Source: Reclinomonas americana ATCC 50394 (taxonomy: Eukaryota). From it: 44,894 nucleotides of DNA. The notes below the pieces were generated by a model, which saw only the letters and a list, made by a program, of their open reading frames with translations, did not search any database and had not been told where the DNA came from. The DNA lies in NCBI GenBank assembly GCA_048213135.1, contig PS015500.1, positions 1 to 44,894 on the forward strand, in the 5' to 3' direction. Within the stretch, counting starts at the first letter, position 1, and each line of letters starts with the position of its first letter. The position numbers were made by a program, and so were the translations under genes. Positions 20,169 through 33,200 of this stretch are shown here, piece after piece.

Positions 20169-20945
20169 ATGCGTACTGCGCTCTTGCTGGTGCTCGTAGT
20201 GGCATGCCGCCTGCACACGCTGTGTGTTTCCGCGGAGCCACTGCCTGAGCAGCGCAATGGTGAGTCGTGTTCCAAGAGCACAATGCACTGCTCTGCGTGT
20301 CCGCCATGCGCGTTGCGCTACGTAGCGCTACTATGAACATATTCTGCGTCTTTTCTTCCTCTTTGCTTCTCGCGTCTTCTCTACTCTCTCCTTGTGCACA
20401 CTATACATCACGCAGACTGCTGTGCCACGATTGCCACCCGCAGCGTGATCGATACGCGTCGTCGCATTGATCAATGCATCAATTAAAATGTGTGTTGTTC
20501 TGATGCTTGTCTCTCTCACACAGCCCGCCTCCTGCTGGTGCCCACGTCACCTGCGTACACACCACCATCAACACGCGGTGAAGTGATTGGAGAACTGCAA
20601 GTGGACCCAGACTATATGCATGCGGGTTCTGTTTTGCTCGCGGTGATCATCGACGACTGTGCCACCGTGGATGACGAGGAGGGCGGTGGCAGGGACTCGC
20701 TCCTTTTCGCCGTGCGCAGAGGCGTTCACGGCCATGAGCTCGTCATGGGTGAGAGTGGAGTGCTAGGGTCGCCGTTGATGGTCACTGTGCGTTGTGCCAT
20801 GCACGTGAGAATGCCGCCAGTCGACAGCGACAGCAACGACGACGCCCGTGCGTCTGCGGTGCCACTGGCCAGTCTTCCTCGGATGGAGCGCATTCGCATC
20901 CAGGCCTCGTTCTTGATCGCCGAAGGTCTGCAATCACGCATTCGC

Positions 20946-20987
<42 letters not shown>

Positions 20988-21064
20988 CTCGACGACGCAC
21001 ACGAGGACGTAGNNNNNNNNNNNNNNNNNNNNTCGTCGTCGTCTCGTCGTCGTCGTACGTCGTC

Positions 21065-21148
<84 letters not shown>

Positions 21149-21232
21149 CTCCTCCCTCCCTCCTCTCTCTCTCTCTCTCTCTCGTTCGTTCGTCTCTCTC
21201 TCTCTCTCTCTCCTCCTCCTCCTCCTCCTCCT

Positions 21233-21292
<60 letters not shown>

Positions 21293-24200
21293 CCTCCTCT
21301 TATCACCGCATGTATCAGCCAATGTTGCGCCATCGGATGTGGAGTTCCTCCCCACAACAACTTTACCTCCGCCCCTCCCACCCTCATACGAAGTCGGTGT
21401 CCTCCTGGTCACACTCCGCGCTGTTGACGCCAATCGCCACCAACGACACTCATTTTCCCTGGTCGCCGAAGCCCCGACTGCCTCCCTGCGCATCGCCAAT
21501 GAATGCGAGTTGTGGTGGACGCCGCCGCTGCCGCTGCCGGCACCGTCCGCCACAGCAGCAGCAGCAGATGAGTGCCACGTGTCGTGTTTGCAACACGTGC
21601 GTGTTCGTGCGACGGAGGTGAACGACGATGACGTCGATGCTGGTGAGCGTGCACGTGCATGGCTGATGGCGCCGAGTCGTCTGCTCTCCGTGGAGAGGGT
21701 CATTGCGTTGCCGGTGCCGTGTCTCTGTTATCAACAACCGGCCGTGCACACGCAAGTCCTAAGTTTCGTTGCTGAAGACGACAGAGTAGCACCAACACAT
21801 AATTGCAAGAGCTCGAGTGGCAATAATATGCATTGGACCTAACGTGTGTGTGATTGTGTGCGCTCGCATGCAGCCGCGCAAGTGTCGAGCAGTGCTGCCA
21901 CGAGCGTGTCGTATAATTCGGCGACCGTGAATGGATCTGTCATCAACAACACGGGTTCAACGAGCACCAATTATTTCGAGTTGGCACGAGCGAGCAGCGA
22001 CTTCAACACCGAGTCGTCTGTGGCGACCTACGCGGGAGCCGCGCGTGACTACAATGTCGTCGACGGACCGCGGTTGACTGCACGGTTCCACGATCCTCGA
22101 GTTGAGCGTGCATGCATATGCGTCGTGACTCGATGTTGTCAGTTTCGCTCTTCGGAGTTCATCGCTGTCGATACAGGGCATGGCTGGTGATGCGCTGGAT
22201 AATCTCTTCATTGTCGAATCGAAGTTGCGCGATGATGGCGCAAGTCTGTGCGATACAATCAAACTCATTATCTCGCGATTGTTCTGAGTAGGAAGAACTG
22301 CATTCGGCGCGTCGACGGTGCCACGGGCGACGTGTCGACCTATGTTGGCTCGTGTGGTGCCGCTGGTGCGCTGGTTGACGGTGATGCTACGACGGCACGG
22401 TTCAGTGGGTGAGTCTGCAGAGTGCTTTCGGGCGCCTGTGTTGATGCAGTGGTGTTGATCACTCTGATGTGTCTGTGGTGCACGCAGTCCTCGCGGTCTC
22501 GGCATCGATCAGATGACATCGACGTTGTACGTTGGCGATGTACGTATGCCGTCTTTACTTTTCTGCTGTGTGATACTCGCGTTGATGACGAGGATTGGTT
22601 GGTGTGACTGCAGTACCTCAACAACGCAATTCGCCGAGTCTCGTCAACACGCAGAACGACAACACTGGTCACCGGCAGCAGTGCGACGCCGGCACCGAAT
22701 TCAGTGTACTATGTGTTCTACGACCACTCTGGGCCTTACTTGTATTTTACCGAAATCGCTATGCACACTGTGCGGTTCGTAGCGCGTGTCTGTCTGGCCT
22801 TTTGCTATTAATCTTGCCTAAAGTCTCCGCTCGTGTGCAGTCGTGCAAACATCGACGGCACTGGCATCACGTTGTTGTGTGGTCGATATGGCACCTTCGG
22901 TGGTGCCGACGGCGATTGCGCAACCACGACACCTACTTTTTACGAGCCTGGCGGTTTGGCGTTGGATCGGACACTCAACAAACTGTACATTGCGGAATCC
23001 TCGGGCCGCAAAGTGCGAGTGTTGGACTTGGGAACGAACCAGCTTGGCACTTTGGCTGGTTCGGGTACTGCTGGATACGCTGTCGGTCCAGCGGCTAGTG
23101 CACAGTTCTCGGGACCCCGTATGTTATTCCTGGACGAAATGCGACGCATCCTGTATGTCGCTGACGTCGGGGTGGGGATCAAGCAACTGGACCTCAACAC
23201 AATCATTGTTTCAGCGTTAACAGCTTCGGCAGTCGGAGCAGCGGCAACAGACGGACCTTTGACGTCGGCTGTTGTGGTAACACCGGTGAGTTCATGCTGA
23301 TGTACTTTGATCGTCTGTACGAACGCCGATGTCTTGTCTGTGCAGTTTGCCATTCATCTTGTGCAAGGAAATCGAATGTTTGTGACTGGTGAGAGGGTGG
23401 CGGCATAATGATCTCGCATATTCCAGATTTCCTCACTGGCGAGATACTACCGTTGCAGAATACAACGACAACAACGTTGACCTAGGCTCGATGATTCGGC
23501 TGATCACGCTGCAGCCATCAAAGAATCGAATCCCTGCAGCATCCACTACGACTGCGTCGGGAGCGACAGTGTCCATCAGCACTAACCTGACGCAACTGAC
23601 GCCGAGTTCGGTCAACTACTTTCGTGCGGTAACGGTACTATCAGACTCGACGGCAGTCAATGGATCGACGCTCTCGTTCACCACCAGTTGCGGAGGGCGA
23701 TGGATTGACTGCAGTCGAGAAGAGGTCCTTCTGACGTTCATTTTTTCCTGCAGCCGCAAGATTCTCGCCGATCACGATCAGCGCAGAGACGAGCGGAGTG
23801 CAAATTGTGGTTGCGGGCACCGCGTTGAGTGTGCTGGACGTGGTGCAAGTACAACTCGGTGCGGACTGCACTGGCGCCGGCACCGTCCTGTCAAGCGTGT
23901 CAGTGGGTAGCGGTGGAACGACCAAGACAGTGCAAACGAGCGACACATCATTGGCGGCAGGGTCGTACTGTGTGTGGTGAGCGTAAGACATATTCCCCAC
24001 ACACGACAATTGTTGCACTGAGAATGATTTGCTTGATATACCGTCGGTGTATTCATTTTTTTTATTCTCCACTGCACAGTATTCAATTTGGCGGTCTTGG
24101 AGAGTGGGGCATCGTTCCTGGCACGCTCTCGATTGGTCAGTCAGTGCAGTCATTCCTTGGGTCGAGTGCCACTTAATTGCGCGACTGTGCAGCGCCGACT

Positions 24201-27200
24201 GTCGACTCGCTCACGCCGTCCAGTATCCACACTGCGACGACCGGAGAGTCATTATCGATGATAGGCCGTGGACTGACCGCGAGCGATACTGTGCGACTGT
24301 ATCTGGGCGCAGCTTGCAATGGTACGACATCATACACCATGACTTCTGGAACACTTGGGGGCTCGGCCGGTATGCGGACTCTACAAGTCGCCACTGGAGA
24401 CAACAACCTCATCATAGCTGGGTTATTTGCAGTATGGTGAGTCTACTGAAAGTTATGTGTGTGTATTTGTATGTGTGCATTAGAGAGTGTTTGTGAGAGT
24501 GTGCGAGTGCGTGCCTGAGTACCTTGAGTGAGTATTGTGGATATTGGCAGTCCCTCTCTTATCTGTGTATATGCTTGTGTGCAAAGCCTCCTACCTGGCG
24601 GAACTGGAACACCAATCAAAGTAGGAACAGTCTATGTGCTCCCCAGTTGCGCGAGACTGCAAAAGCAACTCGTCAGTGTGGTTTATCTTTACTCTGTGTG
24701 ACTTTCATCGGTAGCGGTGCGCATGTTCTCGCCGACGACAATTAATGCGGAGACCGGTGGCGTGCAGATTACAGTGTCAGGTACGGCGTTGAGCAGTGGG
24801 GACGTTGTGCTAGTGCAGTCGAATGGCGGCTGCACTGGCGCTGGCACTCTGTTGTTAGCGGTGCTGGTGGCGGCAAATGCGTCGACCGAGACCGTGCAAA
24901 CGAATGACTTGTCTCTTGCAGCTGGAGCGTACTCTGTGTGGTGAGTGGATAGAGAAGGAGGAAGAGAGTGGTGGAGCGAGGTGCGCTGCGTCGAAGTTAG
25001 AGAGAACAGGCGACGTTCCCAGTGGGTGCTTGATTGTGATCCTTGCACGTGTGATTACTCGTACTGGCTGGTTTCGTCACATGGAACGTGTATTTGCCTC
25101 TGCAGCATTCAGTTTGGCGGTTCTGGCTCGTGGTATACCGTGCCTGGCATGATGTCGATTGGTCTGTCTGCGAGGATTGAGAGATATTGGGTTCGTGTGG
25201 TGGATTTGAGTTTCATTGCATTGCGTGACTGTACAGTGGCCACGGCAGACTCGTTCACTCCCTTCAGCATACTGGTGGCGACTGCAAGTCAGCGGGTGGT
25301 TGTGACGGGTCATGGACTGCTGGCAAGCGATGCTGTACGACTGGTATCCGGTGGTACTTGCACGGGTGGCGGCGCAACGACAACGTACAGCATGAACACT
25401 AGTGTGCTTGCGGGCACCGCCGGAGCGCGCTTGTTGACAGTATCGACCAGCAACACGAGCCTGACGGCTGGAATCTACCTTGTGTGGTGCGTGAAGGGAG
25501 AGTGATGCTGTTTGTTTTGCATCTGTACAGCACTCGCCTTATTGATTTGCAATCCTGACTGGCACCCTCACTGCGCAGCTACCTATTTGGCAACACTGGA
25601 ACACCGGTGCAAGTTGGAGCCGTTTCGATTGCGGTGGGGCGAGCTGACGACTTTTCGCCAAAGGCGTTTGCCGGCGCAGCGTTGGTGCCGATCACGCTGA
25701 TTGGTGCGTTGCTTACCGTCGCTCTGGAGTTCGCGGTTGAATGAGTTAGTCGGTGGTTAGAGAGTGGGGTATTGGCCAAAGTAGGTGAGAGAAGGCGAGA
25801 ATGGGGGAGAGACAGAGAGAGACTGAGAGAAAGAGAGTACACGCAAGCGACGCTGTGGAAGGAGGGAGTGCGACAGGGCGTGAGTGGATGGATGAGTGCG
25901 TGGCAAAGCGAGTTATTCAGTGCATGTTATATATGCGAATGCGTTGGGCATCACAGTATCCTCTACGCCTGTTAATTACGTGCGCACTGCTGCAGGCATG
26001 GGACTGACCAGCGTCAGCATCGACCAAGTCGTGTTTACCCCCGCACCCTCATGTGCTGCGTTGACTTCTCTTCCCGCGGGGTCTGTGGTGGTACTTGGTG
26101 CGCGAGTGACGAATCCGAGTGGAGTGGTCGACGGCAGTGTCGCCTTGGTGCCACTGAACACGGACGGCAACACCGGCATCCCCGCCGGCGTCTTTTGCGT
26201 CTGTGTGAAATGGACAGCAGCGGCTCCGGACGGAGCGCTGACGCAAGTCTCCTCACGCCGCCTCTACGTCGGTTTGTGTTGACATCTGCGAGTCTTCTTC
26301 GTCAAGCACTCCTTACTCACGTTGTGCTCCGCGACAGCCATCGCCACGCTGATGCAACCAGTCACTGTGCTTCCAAACGCAATCTCCTCTGTCGTCACAC
26401 TCACCGGCTTCGCCATGGATCCTGTGGGCGCCCTGCGGAGTGTGGTCCTGCAACGAGGCGCCTTCTGCACGTTTCCGTCGCCGGTCACTTCCATCACTCC
26501 CTCGGCGCTGACAGCCAATGCGAGCTTCACCAGTCTCCAAATTCTCTTCGCCGCCGGTGTGCCTTCCGGTCGGTGGACGGTGTGCGTTGAGCTCGTCTCC
26601 GACTCACCCACCACTGCTCTGCAAAAGTGGCCGGAGCAACTGCCGACTGTGTCGCCGTTTGTGCGTGAGCTGTATGTTCCGCACATTGTTGGTGTTGCTC
26701 CGCTGTTGTTCTTCCGGCGAGATGCCACCGCGCGCTTCACGATCTCGGGTGACGGATTGCGTGCGAATGTGAGTGTGCGGAGTGTGCGGTTTGAGGCGTC
26801 GACCACGTGTGCCGCTGCTGGCAGCAGTCCAGCAACGGGCACAGTGTCGATGCCGTTCCTCTTTGGCGCTGTGGCGGACGACACAGACGGCTCGCAAGTT
26901 GTTATTCAAGCGGGCGCGCTGCCACTCGACACATATGCCGTGTGTGTTGATCTGTCGGTGTACCCGCAGCCGCTCTTTGTGCAGTACGGCAGTGCTGCCA
27001 TTGGTGAGTGGCGTCAGAGAGAGGGAGGGAGGGGAGGAGAAAAGGAAGGGGGTGAGAGTGATGCGTGAAAACGAAGAGGTGCCTGTCCTCAGTCAAGAGA
27101 TAGTTGCTGGAAACAGACTCAGTGCATGTCAGAGACTTGTGAGTCGGACACCGGGAGGTGTCAGTGTCTTGCTTTGTACACAGTCAATGCCCTTCTTGCA

Positions 27201-30200
27201 CTGACCAGCCTTTCTCCTTCATCCTGTCCCACCTGAGCGTGCTCTGCTGACTGTGCGTCGCATTCGCAGCCTCGGTCGCCTCCTTCACTCCAGTGACGGT
27301 TCTCGAAAACGTGCCGAATTCCATCTTTACCATCAGCGGCGTCGCTCTGCAGCCGCAATTTCTGCTGCGCCGGGTCCGGTTTGAGCGTGAGGCCACGGTG
27401 TGCACGATTCTGCCGGCGGCCAGTGTTGCCACCGGCTCGTTGACCATTGACAGCTCCGACACGGTGTCACTGCAGTCGACTAATGGTGACACTCGCTTGC
27501 TCATCACTGTGGCCGGCGGGCTAACAGCCGGCCTGTACTCGCTGTGTTTCGACGCCGCCGCAGCCGACCCAAATGGCGCCTTTTTCAACGTCAAGGAGGC
27601 TGTGTACATTTTTGTTGGTCTGTTATGCAGGCCCTTCTTTTTTGAATTTACTGGCACTAGCTTGCAAAGGTCTCACTTGTGCACTTCTGCCTGATTACAG
27701 CACGTGTGGAGACGATTTATCCGCTCGTTCTTCCTGCAAATGATCCCGCCGCGCGACTCACTCTTCGCGGTCTGGGACTGGAGCCGCGGACATCGCTGCG
27801 GGCATTGCGACTGGAACCCGTCGACGATGTCAGCATGCCGTGGGCGACGTCCTGCGTGGCGCCATTGTTGGGTCCGACACGCAACGGCACACTGGTGGTG
27901 GACCTGGCGACTGCACAGCAGAGCACCACGTCTGTGGATACGAGTCACGAAGTCGTACTGAGCGGATTCTTCTTGAATCGATTCAAAACCTGGTATGCTG
28001 TCTGTGTCGACTACACTGCTGCGCCGTCTGAGGGAGCATTTCACCGAGCAGACAGCTACTCGTTAAGTGTCGGTTAGTTTCACTGAAGATTAGTGGTTTC
28101 CCTACTTTGGTGCGCCACTACGCTCACTGATTGCGCGAATGCGTTGCCCCAAACTGCAGAAACGAGCATCGCTGACCAGCTGGCCGTGACAGACTTGTTG
28201 CGCCACCCAGAAAATGTGACGCTTGTCATGCTACGCACGTTTTCGACACTGGCACGCAGTGCGCGATCGTCATCGTCTTCAACATGGCATGAGCGCACCT
28301 CTGGCGAACGAGTGCAGGTATTTGTCAACGGAGTGCTCTGGCTGTCGACTGTGCCGAACCCGTGCCCGTGGCCGACGACATACACCGACACCGTGGTGTG
28401 TACGGCCACCGGGCTGCAGCCGAACACGAACTACACGCTGAGTGTGTCGCTGGCCAATGACAACGACTTTGGGCGTCAGCAGGTGGTCTTGGGTGCGTGC
28501 GCATGCATGTGCTTTATCAACTCTTCTATTCGAATCGTGCTAATGTGGGCTCTACAGGAACCACACTCCTCGTGCACACGGCAGCGATGCGGAATGCCGG
28601 CAACCCGACTTATACGACGGCTCCAGTGTTGCGTTGAGAGGGACACTGAGGGCGACAGAGAAACCGCGTTTCTACGAGTTGCTGACAACTTCGCTCGTAA
28701 TGTGCAGGTTTGTACAAGCCAACGGCCCACCAAATGCGGCAGAAGGGTGAGCCTCCTCCAGTGTCACTGCACCGATTATCCTCTTTGCTGGTGCGCTGAC
28801 TGCCTCTCTGATCAGTCCGAATCCGCGTTTTCAAGTCATTCAGAAGCGCGCATCAAGCGGGCGAACGCGTCTCATCGACTGGCATCCCACGACATCGCCC
28901 TGCTTGTGGTGAGTTGCTATTTGTTTGCCAGCTCTCTTCGTCATCCATTTCATTCACACGTGATTGGCGTTCAACAGGACCTCGACGACTCCGGTGCTGT
29001 GCACTCTGGCCGGCCTCGAGGCGGCCACCGGCTACTCCGATCTCTTCGTTTTTGTCGTCACGGACGCGAACTCGGGAGACTTGACGCCAGCGGCGGAGAC
29101 TATTGTCACTCGTTGCGTGCGCGTTGTGCGTGTACCTGCCATCTTGTCACACTCATTTTGTGTTTTGTTTCGTCACCCGCGCGCACAGAGTTCCATGATT
29201 TGGAGCTGTCGTTGACCCCCATAGGGCCGGTGGTTGGTGTCGGCGGACCTGTGACTGTGCAGGCCACACTGGTGGATGTTGACCGGACTCGGTCGCTGGT
29301 GCGAGACTTGCCGGTGGTGTTCACGTGGACATGCTCGTTTGGGGGCACACCCTGTGGGGCATCCGTTGTTTCGACGGAGCGAACTGCGGTGCTGACCATT
29401 GCTGCTGGCTTCAGCACGCCGGGCATGTTGCGTGACGGCTTTATTCAGAGTGCCTAACAAGGGGAGAAGACGTGGGCTTCTCACGTCTCTTCCCTGTAGC
29501 TACTCCTTCGGGTGCACGGTAACTCGAGGAACTCGCAACCGGCACGCTACCGCAGACGTGACAGTCCAAGGAGGAGAATCTGTCGCATTCAGAGTGGCTA
29601 GTCGACGTTCATGTGCTTGGTCTCGCAAAGGTGTTGTTCCTTATCATGGTGACGCGTGCACAGGTCTCCGAATCACCCTTGGCTGTCGGTGCTTCAACTG
29701 CACGGCTGAACCCGCTGCGCTCGATTTCCATCACCGCCACTGCATTCGGCACTCCCACAGACACCAGCTTCTCGTGGCGAGCGTATGAGCAAGGTGTTTG
29801 CGAATCAGCGAGACGTATTCGCAGTCGTGTTACTGAACTTGCATCTGTGTGCGCAATGCAGGGTCGACGAAGGATCTGGTGCTCGGTTTGCCGGATTTCG
29901 ATTTTCTTCCATCGGCTCCTGGACAGCCGCCCGCTGTGCGCATCAAAGAGGGCGTTTTCGAGGGCAACAGGAAGTATGTGTTTGAGTTGTTGGCACTGCC
30001 CGCGCTGAGCACTCCAGGTACGTCCGTGTTATGCATGCAGGTGTGATAGATGTGCCTGACGACGTGCCTCGCCCCAGTTGTTCCTTCCATCACACTCGAC
30101 ATCAATGATTTGCCGACTGCCGGCACTCTTGCCATTACGCCGCTGAGTGGCGTGGCCCGATTCACCGCCTTTTCCTTCACAATGACCGACTTTGTGGACA

Positions 30201-33200
30201 AGGATCAGCCTCGTGCGTCTCCTGTTGTTCTCGTGCTCATCGAATGGAACTGTATCTCACCTGCTTGTGTGTACGTGCGCGCGCGTCCAGTCTCATATCT
30301 CCCGTTCTACGTGCACCCGTCGCTTGGCACCAAGGTCGGTCTCGAAAAGAACCAGTGCGTCCCCAAAATGCAGCACCTCATTTCACGCCGACCTCCCTTC
30401 TCATTCACAGGTCTTTATCACGGCCAGTACGATTTCTGTTATCAGGGGCGTTATCTTTCCGCTGGCTGGGAGCGCCTCCCCCAGCAATCAACTGCAAGTC
30501 GGCGTCACGGTTCGCGATGTATATGGCGCATCTGTCGATGTCTACTCCACGATTGTGGTTCTCGAGTCGACCGCACCGTCCACAACTGCGAGTGATGGAG
30601 CCTTTCTCCGCGGCAGCTTTGACCGAGCGCAGCAGCTTGACCTTACCGACTTTACCGACAGTGAGGTGGCAGATGCCATGGGCTCGCTGAGTGCCGGCGT
30701 ATCGGCACTAACTGTGGGTGACCAGTCTGCGCTGCTCGATGGTGAGACACCCTGTTGCCATGTGGGTATCTCGCGCGCGTCACCGGATTCTCACAAGGAC
30801 GATGCAGTCTCTTCCAACCGAGCAGCCGTTCGTGACGCCTCCATGTTGTTGTCGGCGACCGCTGCGAAAATCGACTTGTCACTCTCTCCCGAAACCACCA
30901 CCACCATGTTGTTTGTGGCCGGAGATCTGGCCAGGTGATCTCGACTCCCCGTCACTCAGCGTGCTCTCGCCCGTTTACTCACTGGCGCATTCGCATGTCA
31001 GCTCACTGCGTGATATGGGCAAGAGTGATGACTCTGCGGCCGCTGCCACAGCCGCCGCAAGTTCCCTGATGCAAACAGCTGTGCACATGGCGACAATCGG
31101 CAGCTATCTTCCAGTGTCCTCCGTGCAGGTGAGAGGAATGGGGAAACCGGGGGGAGGATAATAGGGAAGGGAGAGAGGGAGGTAGGGAGAGAGGAGGAGA
31201 AGGAGAGAGAGGGATAGAGAAGGAGAAGGAGGGAGAGGAGGAGGAGAGAGGGGAGAAAGATGAAGGAGTAGACCCGCCACTCACTTGCGTGTCACTCACC
31301 GATTGCTTGCATTTCGGAGGCGAGGAAGAGAGCGTGGGGAGAAGGAAGAAGGAGAGAGATGTAGGAAGGAAGGGGAAACGGAGAGAGGTAGACACACCTC
31401 TCACTTGCTTCTTCTCAAAGCACACTCACCGATTGCCTGCATGTCGGTGGCGAGGGAGAGAGCGGGAGGAGAAGGAAGAAGGAGAGACGGAGACAGAGTA
31501 ACTCGTCTCTCACTTGTGTCTTTCTCAAGCACACTCACCGATTGCTGTAAGGGAGAGAGCTAGAGGAGAAGGCAGAGGGGAGACGGCGAGAGGAAAGATG
31601 AAGAAAGGGCAAGGAATAGACACACCTCTCATTTACTTCATTCTCAAAGCACACTCACCGATTGCTGCATGTCGGTGGCGAGATTCCTGATGGAGAGAGC
31701 GGAAGTTTGAAGAGAGGACATGAAGTGCAGATTGTTGTCAGGGGATATTTTAGTTGTAAGCAGCTACGAGTGCTCACTCTCTGCCGCACTGAGTAGCTGC
31801 TGGTGTCGACGGTGGATACGGTGTTTGGAGCCACGCGGGACACAGTGCTGGACGGAGAGATGGCGAATAATGGTGTCGCGGCGCTGTCCACTGTCGGCTT
31901 TCATGCTGTCAACACGAAGACCGCCGGCGATCCTGCGATTGCCATCATTGGCACCAACATACAGCTGGTGTCTGCGTACCTTTCGCCGTCAGCGACGGCG
32001 CCTGGCATCCAGGTCTGTGCTGCCCGGGCAGCCTGCTAATGTCTCTCGAAAACTGCTCACAAAACTGTTAATTGCGCACACAGTTCTCCAGCAGCTCCAC
32101 CTTCACCGTGCCTCCGACGGATGATGTTGCCTCCTCCCTGGTCACGCAGTACCAGTTCCCATGGAGCGTTACGGAGCGACTGCAGGGTGTCTACCCGATC
32201 ATCACCTCGACGCTTATCGACAATGGTTGGTCACCTGGTGTATTGCGTGCAGTAGTCTGAAGCATGTCTTCCCATTACATGGCTGTCACAGGTCTGCTGC
32301 CCTACACGGATAGCCGCAACTCCACTACCGTCTTCCTGAGTCCTGTCCAGCGAGTGTCTCTGCAAACGGCAAACGGAGTGCCGATCGCTCTCAACGCCAC
32401 TGCGGGTGAATCGTTCACGTTCGAGATTGCTCGTCAAGATAGCGCGCTCCTGGCCGCCGTCGCGCCGCAGCTGGTACGTCTCATGTGCATGCTTGCCTGC
32501 CCGTGAATGTGTCGTGTCTCACCTCCTGGCAAAGCGCGATGTGTTGGAGTACATTGATGGTTGTGGAGTGCGTGGCTTGCACTCACCCGAGGCAGCTGAC
32601 GATGGCGACACGACGCTGGTGGCCCTGGACGACAGTCGTTGCGCTTTGCATTGCAATTATGTGTGTCAGCTGACGAATAGGCGCATGTGCTTACGAGTCT
32701 GTACAGATTGCAACCGGACCGTGTACCGCAGTGACAATCGTGCGTGCGCATGATGCCATTGGCGCTAGGCGAGGGGTTCTCACGGCGCTTTTCTGTTCTT
32801 TGTTTGTTTCTACAGCGACTGCTGCCGATTTCGGCAAGCTTTGTGTGTTCTGGAACGAGACCAGGCAGCAGTGGATATCGGACGGATGCAAAACGTTGCG
32901 ACGCCGCACGGTGCATCGTTTGCGCTCTGTCCTCACGCACTGACGAATACACACACGTGACAGATTTGTGCGAGTGACGCGCGGAACCCACGACGTGCAG
33001 TCGTTTGTGTGTCGTTGTAATCACATGACGGATTTTAGCGTGAATTGTGCGTCCTTTGGGTGGCGACGCGTGAGTGTTCTATCGTGCTGATTCGCATTGC
33101 TCTCTCTCTCTCTCTCGGCAGTGCACGATATCTTCGACATTCACTTTACCTTTGTCTCGTTGCGTTTGTACTCGGCGGTGTTGTTGAGTCGCAAGTGAGC

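Noticed and set aside
21874-28072. Teneurin or RHS/YD toxin, suggested by FN3 plus NHL
   Set aside because: No YD repeats or RHS core; the downstream domains are REJ-GPS-PKD1 type.
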